From assembly GCA_963749155.1 (NCBI GenBank), contig CAVVLO010000002.1:1408001-1472000 (forward strand): 64,000 nucleotides of DNA, in the 5' to 3' direction. Position 1 is the first letter of the stretch, and every line of letters begins with the position of its first letter. The stretch is from an uncultured Armatimonadia bacterium (GTDB lineage Bacteria > Armatimonadota > Zipacnadia > CAVVLO01). The position numbers and the translations under genes are program-made. Below, one piece after another: positions 42,378-53,406 of this stretch. The notes below the pieces were generated by a model. The model saw only the letters and a program-made list of their open reading frames with translations. It was not told the origin of the DNA and did no database searches.

Positions 42378-43342
42378 CCTGAGGTCGGCGGAGGGAAGCC
42401 AAGCTCCGGCAGGCAGTAAGAGAGGAAGGCGCCCATCCTGAGGCCATGCCTGGGCAAGGCCACGCGCGTCAGACGCAGCTCTTTCATCAGTTCTTCAGCC
42501 AACACGGCGCCCGCCCACATCATATGGGCGCGCTCCGGCTCAAGCCCTGGCAGCAGGCGGCGTTCTTCCAGGGGAAGTTGCTGCAGCTTGCGACGCAAGC
42601 TCTGCACTTTGTGAAGTGAGAGCTGGATGCGACAGACAGCTTCTTTGTCGAAGCTGGGCAGCTCCAGCGCCATCGCGGCAAGGGTTGTGAAGGCGCCACC
42701 GGCGCCAAGTCCCTCTAGCCTGGCGCGAGGGATGCCTGAGAGGAATCGTGGCAAACTGGCGCGCAGCTCTGCAAGGAAAGCGCGATATTCGAGCCTGCTC
42801 ACTGGATCTTCGGTGACAAATCTGGCCGTCGCCGATTGGGAGCCAAGAGGCAGACTGCGCTGTGTACGTGGATTACCTGGGGAGCCGAACGACACCTCGG
42901 TGCTGCCCCCACCGATATCGATTACACAGAGGCGCTCTGCGCTGGCGGGCAGGCCATAGGTGGCCCCCAGGAACCCAAGCCGCGCTTCCTCTTCAGGTGA
43001 GAGCACCTTGGGCAGCCCGTTACTGGCGGCGAGCAACCGTTCGAGAGTAGCCTGCGGCTCTTGCAACTTGCGCCCGGCAGCGGTCGCGATGAGGCAGACA
43101 AATTCCGCCCCCGCCGCTCTGGCTTGCTGGGAGAAGCTCTCGACGGCCAGAGCAGTCGGTTGGGCTTTGTCTCGCAGCAGTTCTCCCTCGGGGCTTACAG
43201 CCTGAAGGAAGAAGGTAAGCTCGCGGTCCTCTGCCAGCACTTGCACTCTGCCGCCCGGCAGCGCGCGAGCGATGAGCAGCCTGACAGCGTTGCTGCCGAG
43301 GTCAATCACCGCGCCGACTGGGCTTGCGGGCTCACTGCTCAT
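42374..43342 (-). CDS. ppx: Ppx/GppA phosphatase (short form)
   Basis: IDLGSNAVRL, ATAA, EEARL, DIGGGSTE, LPLGS, GLRMG. Confidence 0.88.
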   Translation of the reverse strand: MSSEPASPVGAVIDLGSNAVRLLIARALPGGRVQVLAEDRELTFFLQAVSPEGELLRDKAQPTALAVESFSQQARAAGAEFVCLIATAAGRKLQEPQATLERLLAASNGLPKVLSPEEEARLGFLGATYGLPASAERLCVIDIGGGSTEVSFGSPGNPRTQRSLPLGSQSATARFVTEDPVSRLEYRAFLAELRASLPRFLSGIPRARLEGLGAGGAFTTLAAMALELPSFDKEAVCRIQLSLHKVQSLRRKLQQLPLEERRLLPGLEPERAHMMWAGAVLAEELMKELRLTRVALPRHGLRMGAFLSYCLPELGFPPPTSG

Positions 43343-44952
43343 CGGCTGGCCTCCGGCGGCGTCTGTAGAAGGGCTTCTCCCCAGGCTAGCAGCAGGCAGA
43401 CTACCACCAGCCAGGCAGAAACTGGCGCAATCAACCAGCCACCTTTCAGATAGGGCGTTGGCGCGGCGCCAAGAGGGACCGAGGCTTCGAGAGCCAGCCT
43501 CTGGCCATAGGGCGCTTTCTCGAGCAAGCCCAGCTCCGGCGCGACAATCGCTGAAATGCCAGTCAAGGCCGCGCGCGCCACAGGCAGGCCAGTCTCATAA
43601 CTGCGGAAAAGACTCGCCTGGAGGTTCTGCTCAGCCAGTCCGGTGTAAGGCGTCCACCCATCATTGGTCACGACCAGCAGCACCTGGGCGCCCTGATGGG
43701 CCAATGACAGGGCATATTCGGGGAAGATAGCTTCAAAACAGACAAGCATTCCCCCTTTTGTCCCTGCGAAATCAAGCGGCGCCGGCTCGGGGCCGGCTGC
43801 ATAGTCGAATTCGCGTACCGGATAGAGCTTCCACAGCCACTCTAGCTGGTCGCGCCAGGGCAGATATTCGCCAAAAGAGACCAGGCGATGCTTGGAATAA
43901 CGCCCTGCCAGTTTGCCTTCGGGCGAGTAGACCAGCAGCGAGTTGTGGATGCCGTCGGATTCGCGCACCGAGATGCCCCAGATTACCCATTTTTTGGCTG
44001 CGCGGGCGTGTTCGGCCGTCCACAGCAGTTCCGGCGCGGTCTCGACCTTCGCCAGGCGCGGAGAGGCAGTCTCAGGCAGCAATATGACGTCGGCTTCCGA
44101 GGCCAGGGCCTCTTCCAGCATCGGCCGGAGTTCTTCCCAGGATTCTTTCGGATCGCCGTACATCCGCACCCCGGCGACTTCGTGCATCGTCGGGTTACTC
44201 TGCACCACAGCCACCCGGACGAACTCTCGCAGCAGGTCGGTGCGACTTGGAGTCGGTTTCCCCAGGTCACCGAGGGGCGCGCTGAACAGCAAAATCGCGA
44301 GCAGGCCAGCCGAGGCGAGGGTTGCCTTGCCCCACTGGCAGCTCGAACGCGCCATCACAAGAGAAGCCAGCAGGAGATTGGCGGCGATAAGCAAGGCAGA
44401 GCAAAGATAGATGCCCCCAATCGCCGCCCAGGGCGCCAGTGTGCCGTCCTGGGAATAGCCCAGGCTGGCCAGCGGGTAGCCGAGGAAGCCAAGTTCTTTG
44501 ATGCGTTCGATGCCCGTATACAGGAAGGGCAGCAGCAGAAGTCCCCACCAGCGGCCTCTTTCAGGCGAATACCACCAGGCGAGGAAGGCGAAAAGTCCCC
44601 AGTACAGCGCCAGTATGGCCGAGGAGAGAATCCAGACCATATCGCCCAGCGCGCGAAAATATATACAGGTATAGAGGTAGTAGGCAAATCCCGCGACAAA
44701 ACCGATTGCGAAGGCCCGGCGCGGGCGATGAGCCCTCAGAATCAACAGCAGCGCAGGTGAGAGCGCCACCCAGGCGAGCGCGGGCAGGTCGGCAGGCGCG
44801 AAGGCCAGCCCCGCCGCTAATCCTGAGAAAGCCGCGAGGATTAGCGCAAGCCACCAGCCAGGGGAGCGCCAGGTGATATAATTTGGCAAACCCTCATCTG
44901 GAGGTCGCTGCCCTGTGGCTCGCGTCGTCTCGTTGCTAGTTGGGCTCTCCAT
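43339..44952 (-). CDS. lnt: Apolipoprotein N-acyltransferase
   Basis: TM N-terminus; nitrilase triad LPET, YSKHRLVSFGEY, VCFEAIFP; TNDGW. Confidence 0.92.
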   Translation of the reverse strand: MESPTSNETTRATGQRPPDEGLPNYITWRSPGWWLALILAAFSGLAAGLAFAPADLPALAWVALSPALLLILRAHRPRRAFAIGFVAGFAYYLYTCIYFRALGDMVWILSSAILALYWGLFAFLAWWYSPERGRWWGLLLLPFLYTGIERIKELGFLGYPLASLGYSQDGTLAPWAAIGGIYLCSALLIAANLLLASLVMARSSCQWGKATLASAGLLAILLFSAPLGDLGKPTPSRTDLLREFVRVAVVQSNPTMHEVAGVRMYGDPKESWEELRPMLEEALASEADVILLPETASPRLAKVETAPELLWTAEHARAAKKWVIWGISVRESDGIHNSLLVYSPEGKLAGRYSKHRLVSFGEYLPWRDQLEWLWKLYPVREFDYAAGPEPAPLDFAGTKGGMLVCFEAIFPEYALSLAHQGAQVLLVVTNDGWTPYTGLAEQNLQASLFRSYETGLPVARAALTGISAIVAPELGLLEKAPYGQRLALEASVPLGAAPTPYLKGGWLIAPVSAWLVVVCLLLAWGEALLQTPPEASR

Positions 44953-46144
44953 CCTGCTCCTTATATGTGGCTGTGCGAATTCTCCGAGTTCACCGCCACC
45001 TGTGACCGCAGAGAAAGAGCTAATTTTCGATATCACCGTTGCCGAGAATTATAGCAACAACTGCTACTACTTCGTCGCAATTGATGCCGATGGCGACCCG
45101 CTGACAGGCCCGCTGCCCGTCGTCTCAGGCCCTTATTGGGGCAATGGGTGGGGCACAGGCAGCTTTGGCTTCTATGCCGAGCAGCTTGGCGGCTTTATGA
45201 CAGTCTACGACACCCAGACGCTGGTTGATATCGAAACCGATGCCGATTGGCTGCTTTCTATCAGTGGAAATCCCGACCGGCAGGCCTCTGGCTTCTATCT
45301 GCTGGATATCCAGAATATCAATTTCGGCGCCGTAACGGTCACCTCACCTGACGGGTTGATTGTATCTGCCACGAATTCGAGCTTGCAGAGCGCCGGGACG
45401 CTTGCTTTCACCACTGACGCCGCTGGGAACATCGTCGCCGGGACGGTCAGCTTCACTCCTGCCGCCCTGGGGGGAAGACCACTTACCGGCGCAGAACAAG
45501 CCGTTGTCACCGCCGCCAATGCCGGCGGGCCACTTGCCAGCGGCACCTTCAGCGGGCTTGGGATCACCCTCACCCTCGGCGCCGGGCCTTTTGCAGGGGG
45601 CGCCCAAAGCCTGGTAATCGCCCCGACGACGGGCGATGTGCGCGTCAGGCTCCAGTTCCCCAGCCTGGCCTACACGCAGGAGACAGCCGGCACCGTTTAC
45701 TCCAACAGCTCTACCGCGACCGCCACGCCGCCGATGCCTGGCGTCACGCTGACCACGGGCGACCTCGCGACAGGCCAGACTGCGACTCTCCGCGCCCAAT
45801 ACGCGCCTCAGGGGCAGAACCCCAGGCAGCCGCTGGACTTCACTTCGCCCATCGGGAGCAACCATCTGCGGTTCTCCCTGCAGCTCAGCGACCTGGCGCC
45901 GCTGGCCGAGAGGGTAGAAGTCAACCTCATCTTCACCGATGTGACCCCGCTGGATCCGGGCTTCGTGGGGCAGCGCTATTTCGATGCGCTGGGGCCAAAC
46001 GGCAACGACTTCGTGAGTCTCGATGTCACACGCAACTATATCTACTACAACAGCGACGCGGATGTGCCCGAGCAAGCCGGCGACTGCGGTGAGGCCGCTC
46101 TCGACATCGTGGATTGGAGCATCGAGGTGCTCGTGCGGGAGTAG
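44915..46144 (+). CDS. Hypothetical beta-rich lipoprotein
   Basis: GGAGGT RBS, GTG start, lipobox ICGC; Thr/Gly/Ala-rich centre. Confidence 0.75.
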   Translation: MARVVSLLVGLSILLLICGCANSPSSPPPVTAEKELIFDITVAENYSNNCYYFVAIDADGDPLTGPLPVVSGPYWGNGWGTGSFGFYAEQLGGFMTVYDTQTLVDIETDADWLLSISGNPDRQASGFYLLDIQNINFGAVTVTSPDGLIVSATNSSLQSAGTLAFTTDAAGNIVAGTVSFTPAALGGRPLTGAEQAVVTAANAGGPLASGTFSGLGITLTLGAGPFAGGAQSLVIAPTTGDVRVRLQFPSLAYTQETAGTVYSNSSTATATPPMPGVTLTTGDLATGQTATLRAQYAPQGQNPRQPLDFTSPIGSNHLRFSLQLSDLAPLAERVEVNLIFTDVTPLDPGFVGQRYFDALGPNGNDFVSLDVTRNYIYYNSDADVPEQAGDCGEAALDIVDWSIEVLVRE

Positions 46145-46362
46145 TGGGTGTATGGAGAACGTCGCCCAGAAGCGTATGCAGCGACTGCGCGAGCTGGACA
46201 GGCGCAAGAGAGCGCCGTTACTGGGCTTTCGCGCCCGACCTCTATTTGGTGGGATCGGGCGTAGATTCGTTCTCTGCCCACTGGTCCCTCTTCCCGGTCT
46301 GTACCCCCCTCATGTGCGGAGGGCGCAGGTCCGTGGATATGATGCGTATGGTGATAGCTGGC

Positions 46363-46405
46363 CAACAGGGTAGCACGGAAGGAAGAGCCCGTGCTACCGC
46401 TGTTG
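46363..46405. terminator. Hairpin between convergent genes
   Basis: CAACAG-GGTAGCACGG..CCGTGCTACC-G-CTGTTG. Confidence 0.65.
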
Positions 46406-46418
46406 CAAAGGCCGCAAG

Positions 46419-47687
46419 CTAGTCGTCCCAGGGGACAACGCCAGTCCACTGGCCGTCCGAGAGTGGGAATCCTGCAGAGCTGAAGTAACGGCCGACTGCC
46501 TGGGCCAAGGGCACGTTACCCAGGAAGGCTTGGGCATCCATATCGGTAATGTCGGCACCAGGGAGGATGCTCCAAGCCGTCTGCCAGCCGTCCAAGCTGG
46601 TCAGGTCTGGCACCTGCACCATACTATTGTCATTGCCGGCGAGCCACCCGGTCGAGACGATGACGTCAACGAACTGGCCGCCGGCAGACGCATAGACGAA
46701 GTAACCCAGCGTATCGGGCTCGTCCAGGCTGGAGAAGCGGAAATAGGCGAAATCGCCCTCCGTTACGAGCTGGACGAGGAACGAGTTGAAGCTCTCATCC
46801 GGCGCGGGGAGGCTGATCGCGGCGGGATCGGCAAAGGCGCCGGTAACCATCACGGAGTTGCGCGTCACGCTAAGGTCGTAGTGGTCGCCAGTGACGGAGG
46901 CCGCAGCGGGTACGGTGCGGCAGGCTAACGTGCCGTCGGCGACATCATCGTCATACGCTATGGGCACGGGGGTGCCGTTGGCGGTGACGTAGCTGAGCGA
47001 GGCGATGGCGCCTGCGGCGGATCCTGTCACCTGCGCCGTGCCGCCATCCTCGAGCAGGATGCGGTCTGCCGACGTCACTGTGAAATTGAAGGTGGTCGAG
47101 CCTTCGCTCATTGTTAGCCCGCGCAGAAGGTAGATCCAGTTCGCCATGCGCGGCGAAGTCCACGTGCTGTCCACAACCGCCAAATCGAATAAACCCACCT
47201 GCAGCATGGCGGCGTAGGAGGAGATAGGGGACGAGGTAGATTGGCTGGTCGGCGTCACCGCCGACGTCTGCCCCGCGGCGAAATCGTAGCTGATGCTCCC
47301 CATGATCTGGCCGTAGCCCGTTGGCAATACGCGCGCGCTACGCAGACCGTTATCGAGAAACTGAACCAGCGAGTCGCCCTCTGCAAGCGTACCGTACTGC
47401 AGATGCAGGGCGCCGTCGTCGCAGAGGGCGAAGCCAAAGCGCCCCTGCGCGTCGGTGACCGTCGCCGTGTAAACGCCGGTCTCGCTGGGATCGATCGGTT
47501 GCCAGGGGCTGTTGCCATCCTGGAATGCCGCCCACTCCGCGTTCACCAGCACCAGACCAGGCGAGCGCTCGTACACCTGCAACGTAACTGCCCCGCCAGT
47601 CTCAGGCCCGTCCGACCCACCACCACACCCGGCCACCAGCACTGAGGCAAGAAGGACGGCCAACAGACCGTAACGACAAACACGCAT
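46419..47687 (-). CDS. Hypothetical lipoprotein
   Basis: AAGGAG RBS; VLVAGCGGGS lipobox; WAAFQDGNSPW. Confidence 0.75.
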   Translation of the reverse strand: MRVCRYGLLAVLLASVLVAGCGGGSDGPETGGAVTLQVYERSPGLVLVNAEWAAFQDGNSPWQPIDPSETGVYTATVTDAQGRFGFALCDDGALHLQYGTLAEGDSLVQFLDNGLRSARVLPTGYGQIMGSISYDFAAGQTSAVTPTSQSTSSPISSYAAMLQVGLFDLAVVDSTWTSPRMANWIYLLRGLTMSEGSTTFNFTVTSADRILLEDGGTAQVTGSAAGAIASLSYVTANGTPVPIAYDDDVADGTLACRTVPAAASVTGDHYDLSVTRNSVMVTGAFADPAAISLPAPDESFNSFLVQLVTEGDFAYFRFSSLDEPDTLGYFVYASAGGQFVDVIVSTGWLAGNDNSMVQVPDLTSLDGWQTAWSILPGADITDMDAQAFLGNVPLAQAVGRYFSSAGFPLSDGQWTGVVPWDD

Positions 47688-47948
47688 GGCAAGCTCCTTT
47701 ACAACATAATGACAACCAGTTCTACTTTCGACCACCTGACCCGTCCTCCTTCTTGATCTCGCAGTGTATCTCTTACTCTCAGCCTGCCTGGCCGAGGTCT
47801 TCAGGGCCATCCTCTGCGCCTCGACAGCGGCACTGCTGGCGGTATGGGTGTGGAGTCAGACAAGGGGCGAGGTGATGGATTGCGGGTAAATCCAAAACTC
47901 CTATTGAGGGCGTATACTGATTAGAGAACAGGCGTGCGGTGAGGTACG

Positions 47949-49841
47949 ATGGCAGAGGGCGAGAGGCTGGTTTTTGAGGCGCGGACACCAAAGTGGCAGG
48001 CGTGGGGGGCGCTGGCGAGTGGGGTAGCGTGCCTGGTACTGGCAGGCTTGCTACTTTGGTGCGTGGGCACTCTTCTGAAAGACATGCAGCCGTTCTATTC
48101 CATCTGGAGCACCCTGGGGCGCGAGTTTGTGCGCATTCCATTCCTTCTCTTCCTGAACTCTGCCGGTATGCTGGGCTTCGGGTGCTGGTTAATCTGGCTT
48201 GGCAGGACACGGCTGAGGCAGCCAGTGAGCCTAAAGCTGGTGGTGGACGAGACAGGGCTGGAGTTCTCCACTTGGCGTGACTGGGGTGTGAAGCTGGCCT
48301 GGTCCGATGTGATGGCGCTACGTGCCTTCGAGGCTGACCCCAAGCCCAAGCGCTGCGTGATTAGGCTAGCAGTGCTCACCGAGGCAGGATTGCTGGACCT
48401 GACGCGTTTTGTGAACAAGGAAGCTGTGCTGGATGCTCTCCTCGCGCGCACGAACTTTGTGAAGAGGGGCACGAAGGGGCTAGACGACTGGTATGGCTCG
48501 GTTACGAGCGACGCCTCGTCGTCCAGAGCCCGGCTTCGACCACTAACCTTGCTCCCAAGTCGACCGCAGGACCTGATGTGGAATCGCAGGCTGCGCAAGC
48601 TGGCCGGGGCCGGAGCACTGCTACTGGTGGCCTGCTGGATGGCGCTGGTGTTGTGGTCCAAATACTTCACCCCGATCAACGAGCTACCGACCGAGGTCCA
48701 CTCCCTGGCGCTGCCTGTTGATACAAAGCTGACCTCTAGACCTGTCTGGGCTGCGGACTCGAGCAAGCTGTTCGTAACAATACGGTCTTCTAGCACCACC
48801 GAGCAGGGCGAGCAAACGAGCTTCGCAGCGCTGGTAGAAGTGATGCCCGGCGGCCAGTTGAGATACCTCACCCCCTGGTATCAGGATGCAAGCTCACCGG
48901 GGTGCTCCAGTGAGGGGTGGCTGGCCTTCAGTCTGAGGCGCAACCAACTGACCGAAGCAGAGCAGCAGACACTTATACATGGTTCGGGGGCGCCTCCCTA
49001 CACGCAGGAGGAGCTACGCATTGTCCGCAAGCAGCACGAGGCAGATCTCTGGCTGGTCGCTCCGGGCTCAAGGGTACCACGCAAAGTGAAGCAGCCTGAG
49101 CCTGCTGGAGTGGCCGGCCTGTGGACTTGGTCGCCCTCGGGCAAGCTGCTGACGGCCTTCTGCTCATATGACGAGTCGGAGGGTAGAGTGGAGTCGCTCT
49201 GGGTAGTTCCAAGCGATAGTAGTCCGGCGGAGGGAAGCGCTATCTTGCGCCCGCCAAAACTGGATTGAACAGGCTGGGCGGGCTGGAGTGGTCTCCTGAT
49301 GAGCGGTCGTTGGCGCTGCTTGGATTCCGTCGCAACGAGGAGGGAGGCCGGAAGGACGACCGCGACCTGGTGCTCGTGCTGGACCTGGCTTCAGGCCAGT
49401 GGAGGGAGGTCGCCTCTCTGTGCATGGAGGAGTGCTTCTGGCCGCTGGCGCCCTGCTGGTCGGATGACTCGCTCAGGCTGACAGTGCTTGCATCGGACTG
49501 GTGGGGGCTTGGAGCCGATGAAGTAGAGGTCGCAACCGGCGCAAGAGAGCGCCGCTACCGGGTTTTCGCACCCTACCCCTATTGGGGGGTATCGGGGGTA
49601 TCTTGGACGGCGAACGGCCAGGCGCTCGCGCTGGCTTTGACGGTGCCCTCGGACACACCGGGGCGTTCCTCCAGCACCAGCGACGACCTTATCATCGAGA
49701 GCGCAAAGGGGCTTGCAAGGTTGCCCTTCATCGCAGAGTGGTACGCCTACCGCTCCGCCTGGTCGCCCGATGGCAAGTGGCTGGCGCTACCCACCAAGCA
49801 GGGCCTGCTAGTTCGTGAAGGTGCCCGAGGGACTCTGGTAG
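47949..49841 (+). CDS. Membrane-anchored TolB/PD40-like beta-propeller protein, copy 1; frameshifts near 49260 and 49810
   Basis: 2 TM + bPH-like domain + TM, then WAADSS, WSPSGK, WSPDE, WSPDGK repeats; ends VKVPEGLW. Confidence 0.65.
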
Positions 49842-49871
49842 CGAGGGGGTTTGGAGCTATGGGCAACCGGT

Positions 49872-51201
49872 ATGGGAGCAGGCCAGCGGAACGCCAGATG
49901 GGAGTTCTGGCTGCTCGGGTGCCTTTTTGGGGCTAGCTTGCTGGTGGTCGTGGCGACGGTCTGGTTCGGCTTCCTGCACCCGCTCAACACCGCGAGCAGG
50001 TCGTGGACGCGACGACTGAAATTCGTGATGTGCTGGGATTCGACTACACCGGGGTGATGGCCGGGCCGGTGTGGACCACTGAGAAAGGCGCGCTGGCGGT
50101 GCTGTCCTGCCAGCAGAACTTGTCAAGTGGAGAAGTGCTCTATTGGGGCAGGCTTATGCGGTTCTCCCCGGACGGAACCACTGCCTCGGCGTCCCCATGG
50201 TTCACAGAGAGGCCCGGCCAGAAGGCGTTGGCACCGAACGGCAACCTGGCGATCGCCTCACAGCGCTACGAATTGACGCAGGAGGAGAAGGCGCTCATCA
50301 AACCTCCTGAATACAAGATGCGGGGACTGCGGGATCAAGCGAGTCCCAGTCACCGCAGAGGCGCTTGGCGCGATGTGGAAGGAGGCCATCAGTGATCTCT
50401 ATCTGGTGCAGGCGGGGACCGAGCGGGGCCAGAGTCTTGCGCAGCCTGCGCCGGAGGGCGCGTCCTCGCAATGGCCTGGTCGCGAGATAGCCAGTGGCTT
50501 GCGGCTGCGTGCAGCAGGCCGGAGGCGGTCAGTTCCACGGCCAGCTTGTGGCTGGCGCCGGCCAGAGGCGATTCGGCGCGACAGCGACGTTTGCCCTGCC
50601 CAAGGGCTTCGAGGCGCGATGATATGGCCTGGTCGCCTGACGGCCGATTGCTGGCACTCACGGGCAGGTTGCCGGATGTTGTTGCTTGGACGGGACAGCC
50701 GATGCGGCACTGGTGCTGGACGTCGTGAAGGGTGGTACTCGAGTGGTGACACGGCAGCGCCGGGTGAATACCTTGCTGTGGGGGCCGCCTTGCTGGTCGA
50801 GTGACTCGAAGACGCTGACCCTCGCGCGTATGGCTCCTGGGGTGGTCGTAGTAGATGACTACAACCTGACGACGGGGAAGAAGACGGAGCGGTTCAGCGC
50901 GCGCTTTCCGTTGATCACGGATGTCCCGTGCGTGGTCGCGTGGGCGCCGGACCGAAATGCCGTGGCGCTACGTATGCCGAACAGGAAGCATCAGCGCGCC
51001 ACCAAGGGCTCGGGCGGAGATCAGAGCGGCTCGGAGCTGGGGTATGACCTGCTGTTCGAGAGCGCCAAGGGACTGTTCCGGGTGCGGCTGAACAGGCCTT
51101 GCTATCTTAAGTTTGGCGCCTGGTCACCTGACGGTCAGTGGGTGGCGATTGCCCAGGCGAAGGGCCTGCTGTTTGTAAAGGTGCCACAGGGGGTGTGGTG
51201 A
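49872..51201 (+). CDS. TolB/PD40-like propeller protein, copy 2 (one TM, no bPH module); three frameshifts
   Basis: Pieces 49851.., 50003.., 50471.., 50686..; WSRDS and WSPDG repeats; ends LFVKVPQGVW. Confidence 0.6.
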
Positions 51202-51203
51202 GG

Positions 51204-53165
51204 ATGAACGAGAGCGGCGAGAGGCTGGTTTTTGAGGCGAAGGCGTCTCGGTGGGCCTTGCCAACGGAACGCGCGCTGGCTGGGCTGCTCTGCTTGCTCG
51301 GACTGGGGTTGGTCGCGCTCCTGGTTGGCGAGGGTGTCTTGTTCTGGAACCTGGCTGATTTCATGCCCCTGTGGTTCTCCGTGACGTTCCCTGCGCTGCT
51401 GGTTGCGCTTGCGCTGCCGTTTGGAGCAGTGGCGGCCATGCGCGCTGGGACACGTCGGTGGAAGGAAGCCAGCTCGCTCAGAGCGGGCATGCGGATCGCC
51501 CTCGATGAGGAGGGCCTTCATCTGCAAGCCCCCCGAAGCAAGACACTCGACCTCCCCTGGCAGCAACTTGTGGCCGTCAGGGCCTTTGAGGCCGCTCCCG
51601 TTTCACATCGTAAAGTCATCTCGCTGAAGCTGTACACCTCCGAAGGGAGTCTCTTCCTGCACCACCGACTGCAGGGGAAAGAGTCGCTGCTGGACGAGTT
51701 GGTCACAAGGGGCGGCTTCATCAAGACGAGAGCGGGTAGTATCTGGGACATCTACAGCAGGAAGGCCCCTGAGGAAGCTGGCACTCTGAGGCTAGAGTCG
51801 CATGCATTGCGCTGGACACAGCCAGGAGAAGAGGGCAAGGTCGCAGCCCGAAAGCGACGTCTCTGGCGCGCGGCGGGGCTGTACCTCACGCTGGCGGCTC
51901 TGGGCGCTATCCCGCTTGCCATACTGGGCAGGACCTCGCCGACGACGGTGCTAACCCCAACAACCCGCCTTGTGCCACTCGGGGGGGACTGTTGTGTACA
52001 GGGAGTGGCCTGGCGGCCAGATTCCTCGGCGGTGGCCGTCCTGTTCTCGCGCAGCCAGACTGGCCCAGACGATATGGCTCTGCTACGCAAGCGACTCGTG
52101 CTGGTGAGCAAGGCCGGAGCTCTTAGCTACCTGACGGGCTGGATGACCCGGATACACGAGCCGGCGTGGAGCCCGGATGGTAAGTGGCTCGCCTGTGTCC
52201 GTAAACGCTACACCTTGAGTGAGGCTGAGCAGCAGACACTGGACACCCTCGAGAGACGCAAGCGGGCTATCACAGACAACACGCTCAGGGAAGCTCCGTC
52301 GGGAGAGATAATACTTCCCAACGTGCCCCCTCCTTCAAGTAAGGAACTGAAGCTGCGAAGCAAGCAAGACGCTGAAGAGTTGTGGCTGCTGCAGCCTGGC
52401 TCGAAGACCGAGCGGGTACTCACCGGAGGGGTTTAACGTTAGCCTGAGAGCACCAAGCTGGGCTCCCTCGGGCAAGCGGATCGCCGCGATATACCAGCGT
52501 GAGGAAACAGGACAGGACGATGAGAGAGGACTCTGGGTGGCCCGTGTGGGTGAGGGCCCCCAAACAGGGCGGTGCTTGGACCTGCCTGAGGGCTGCGCGA
52601 TGGAGACGCTCGCCAAGCCCATATGGGCGCCTGACGAGAGCGCCCTCCTCGTTCTCGGCTACAAGCGAGACCCGACGGCCTCAGCGGGAAGACAACGGTC
52701 GTCCAGTTGCTACTGGATTTGAAGAGCGGTGAGTGGCGCGTAATCCCAATCAGTACCTATGACTCCGAGTGGGAAATCTCGGGGACACACTGGACGGCGG
52801 ATTCTTCGGTCGTGGCATATGTCGTTGCCAGTATACGCGGGCTCCGCCTCGAACACATCAACGTGGCCAGCGGCGAGCGGACCAAGCCTGTGCGCTGGGT
52901 GAGTCCTCTCCCATGGGTGCTGCTCCAGGTACAAGACTGGTCGCCGAGTGGCAAGTCGGCTCTGGTGCGCGCACTGGCGTGGAACACCTTGTTCACGGGG
53001 GGTAACGCGGTCTTCTTCCTGGCAACGAAAAGTGGGCGACTGGTCCGGATGGTGCAGCCGACGGAGGTCTGGAGCGGCCTGCGGTGGTCGCCTGACGGAC
53101 AGCACATCGCAGCTCCCGCGAGGGATAAGGTGCTGTTCGTGAAGGTGCCCGAGGGGGTGTGGTGA
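51204..53165 (+). CDS. TolB/PD40-like propeller protein, copy 3; two frameshifts
   Basis: Starts GERLVFEA like copy 1; WRPDS, WSPDG, WAPDE repeats; ends LFVKVPEGVW. Confidence 0.65.
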
Positions 53166-53244
53166 GGATGAGTGAGAGGGAACAACGGAAACCAAAGCCT
53201 CTTAGCAAAAAACCGGCCTTGGTGCAAGTAACGTTCGCGTTTCT

Positions 53245-53379
53245 GGGCGGGTCTCAGACCCGCCCCTACCGTAATCTCAGGGCCCGGGGCAGGTATCGGG
53301 AGCAAGCTCCCGATACACGCCAGAAAGATGGCGCCGCAGGCCCGATACGGGGTGCAGGGGAGGCATCCCCTGCGCTTTT
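53245..53379. repeat. Three palindromes: a GTAG-type REP, a second REP-like hairpin and a terminator-like hairpin
   Basis: GGGCGGGTCT-C-AGACCCGCCC-CTAC (53245-53269); GTATCGGGAGC-AA-GCTCCCGATAC (53293-53316); GTGCAGGGGA-GGCA-TCCCCTGCGC-TTTT (53352-53379). Confidence 0.7.
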
Positions 53380-53406
53380 CGCCTTGCTCTTCTCGCAGCT
53401 AGCCCC

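Noticed and set aside
47698..47725. TTATGTTGTAA on the minus strand resembling a XerD arm
   Set aside because: No matching XerC arm; it is the AT-rich leader before an RBS.
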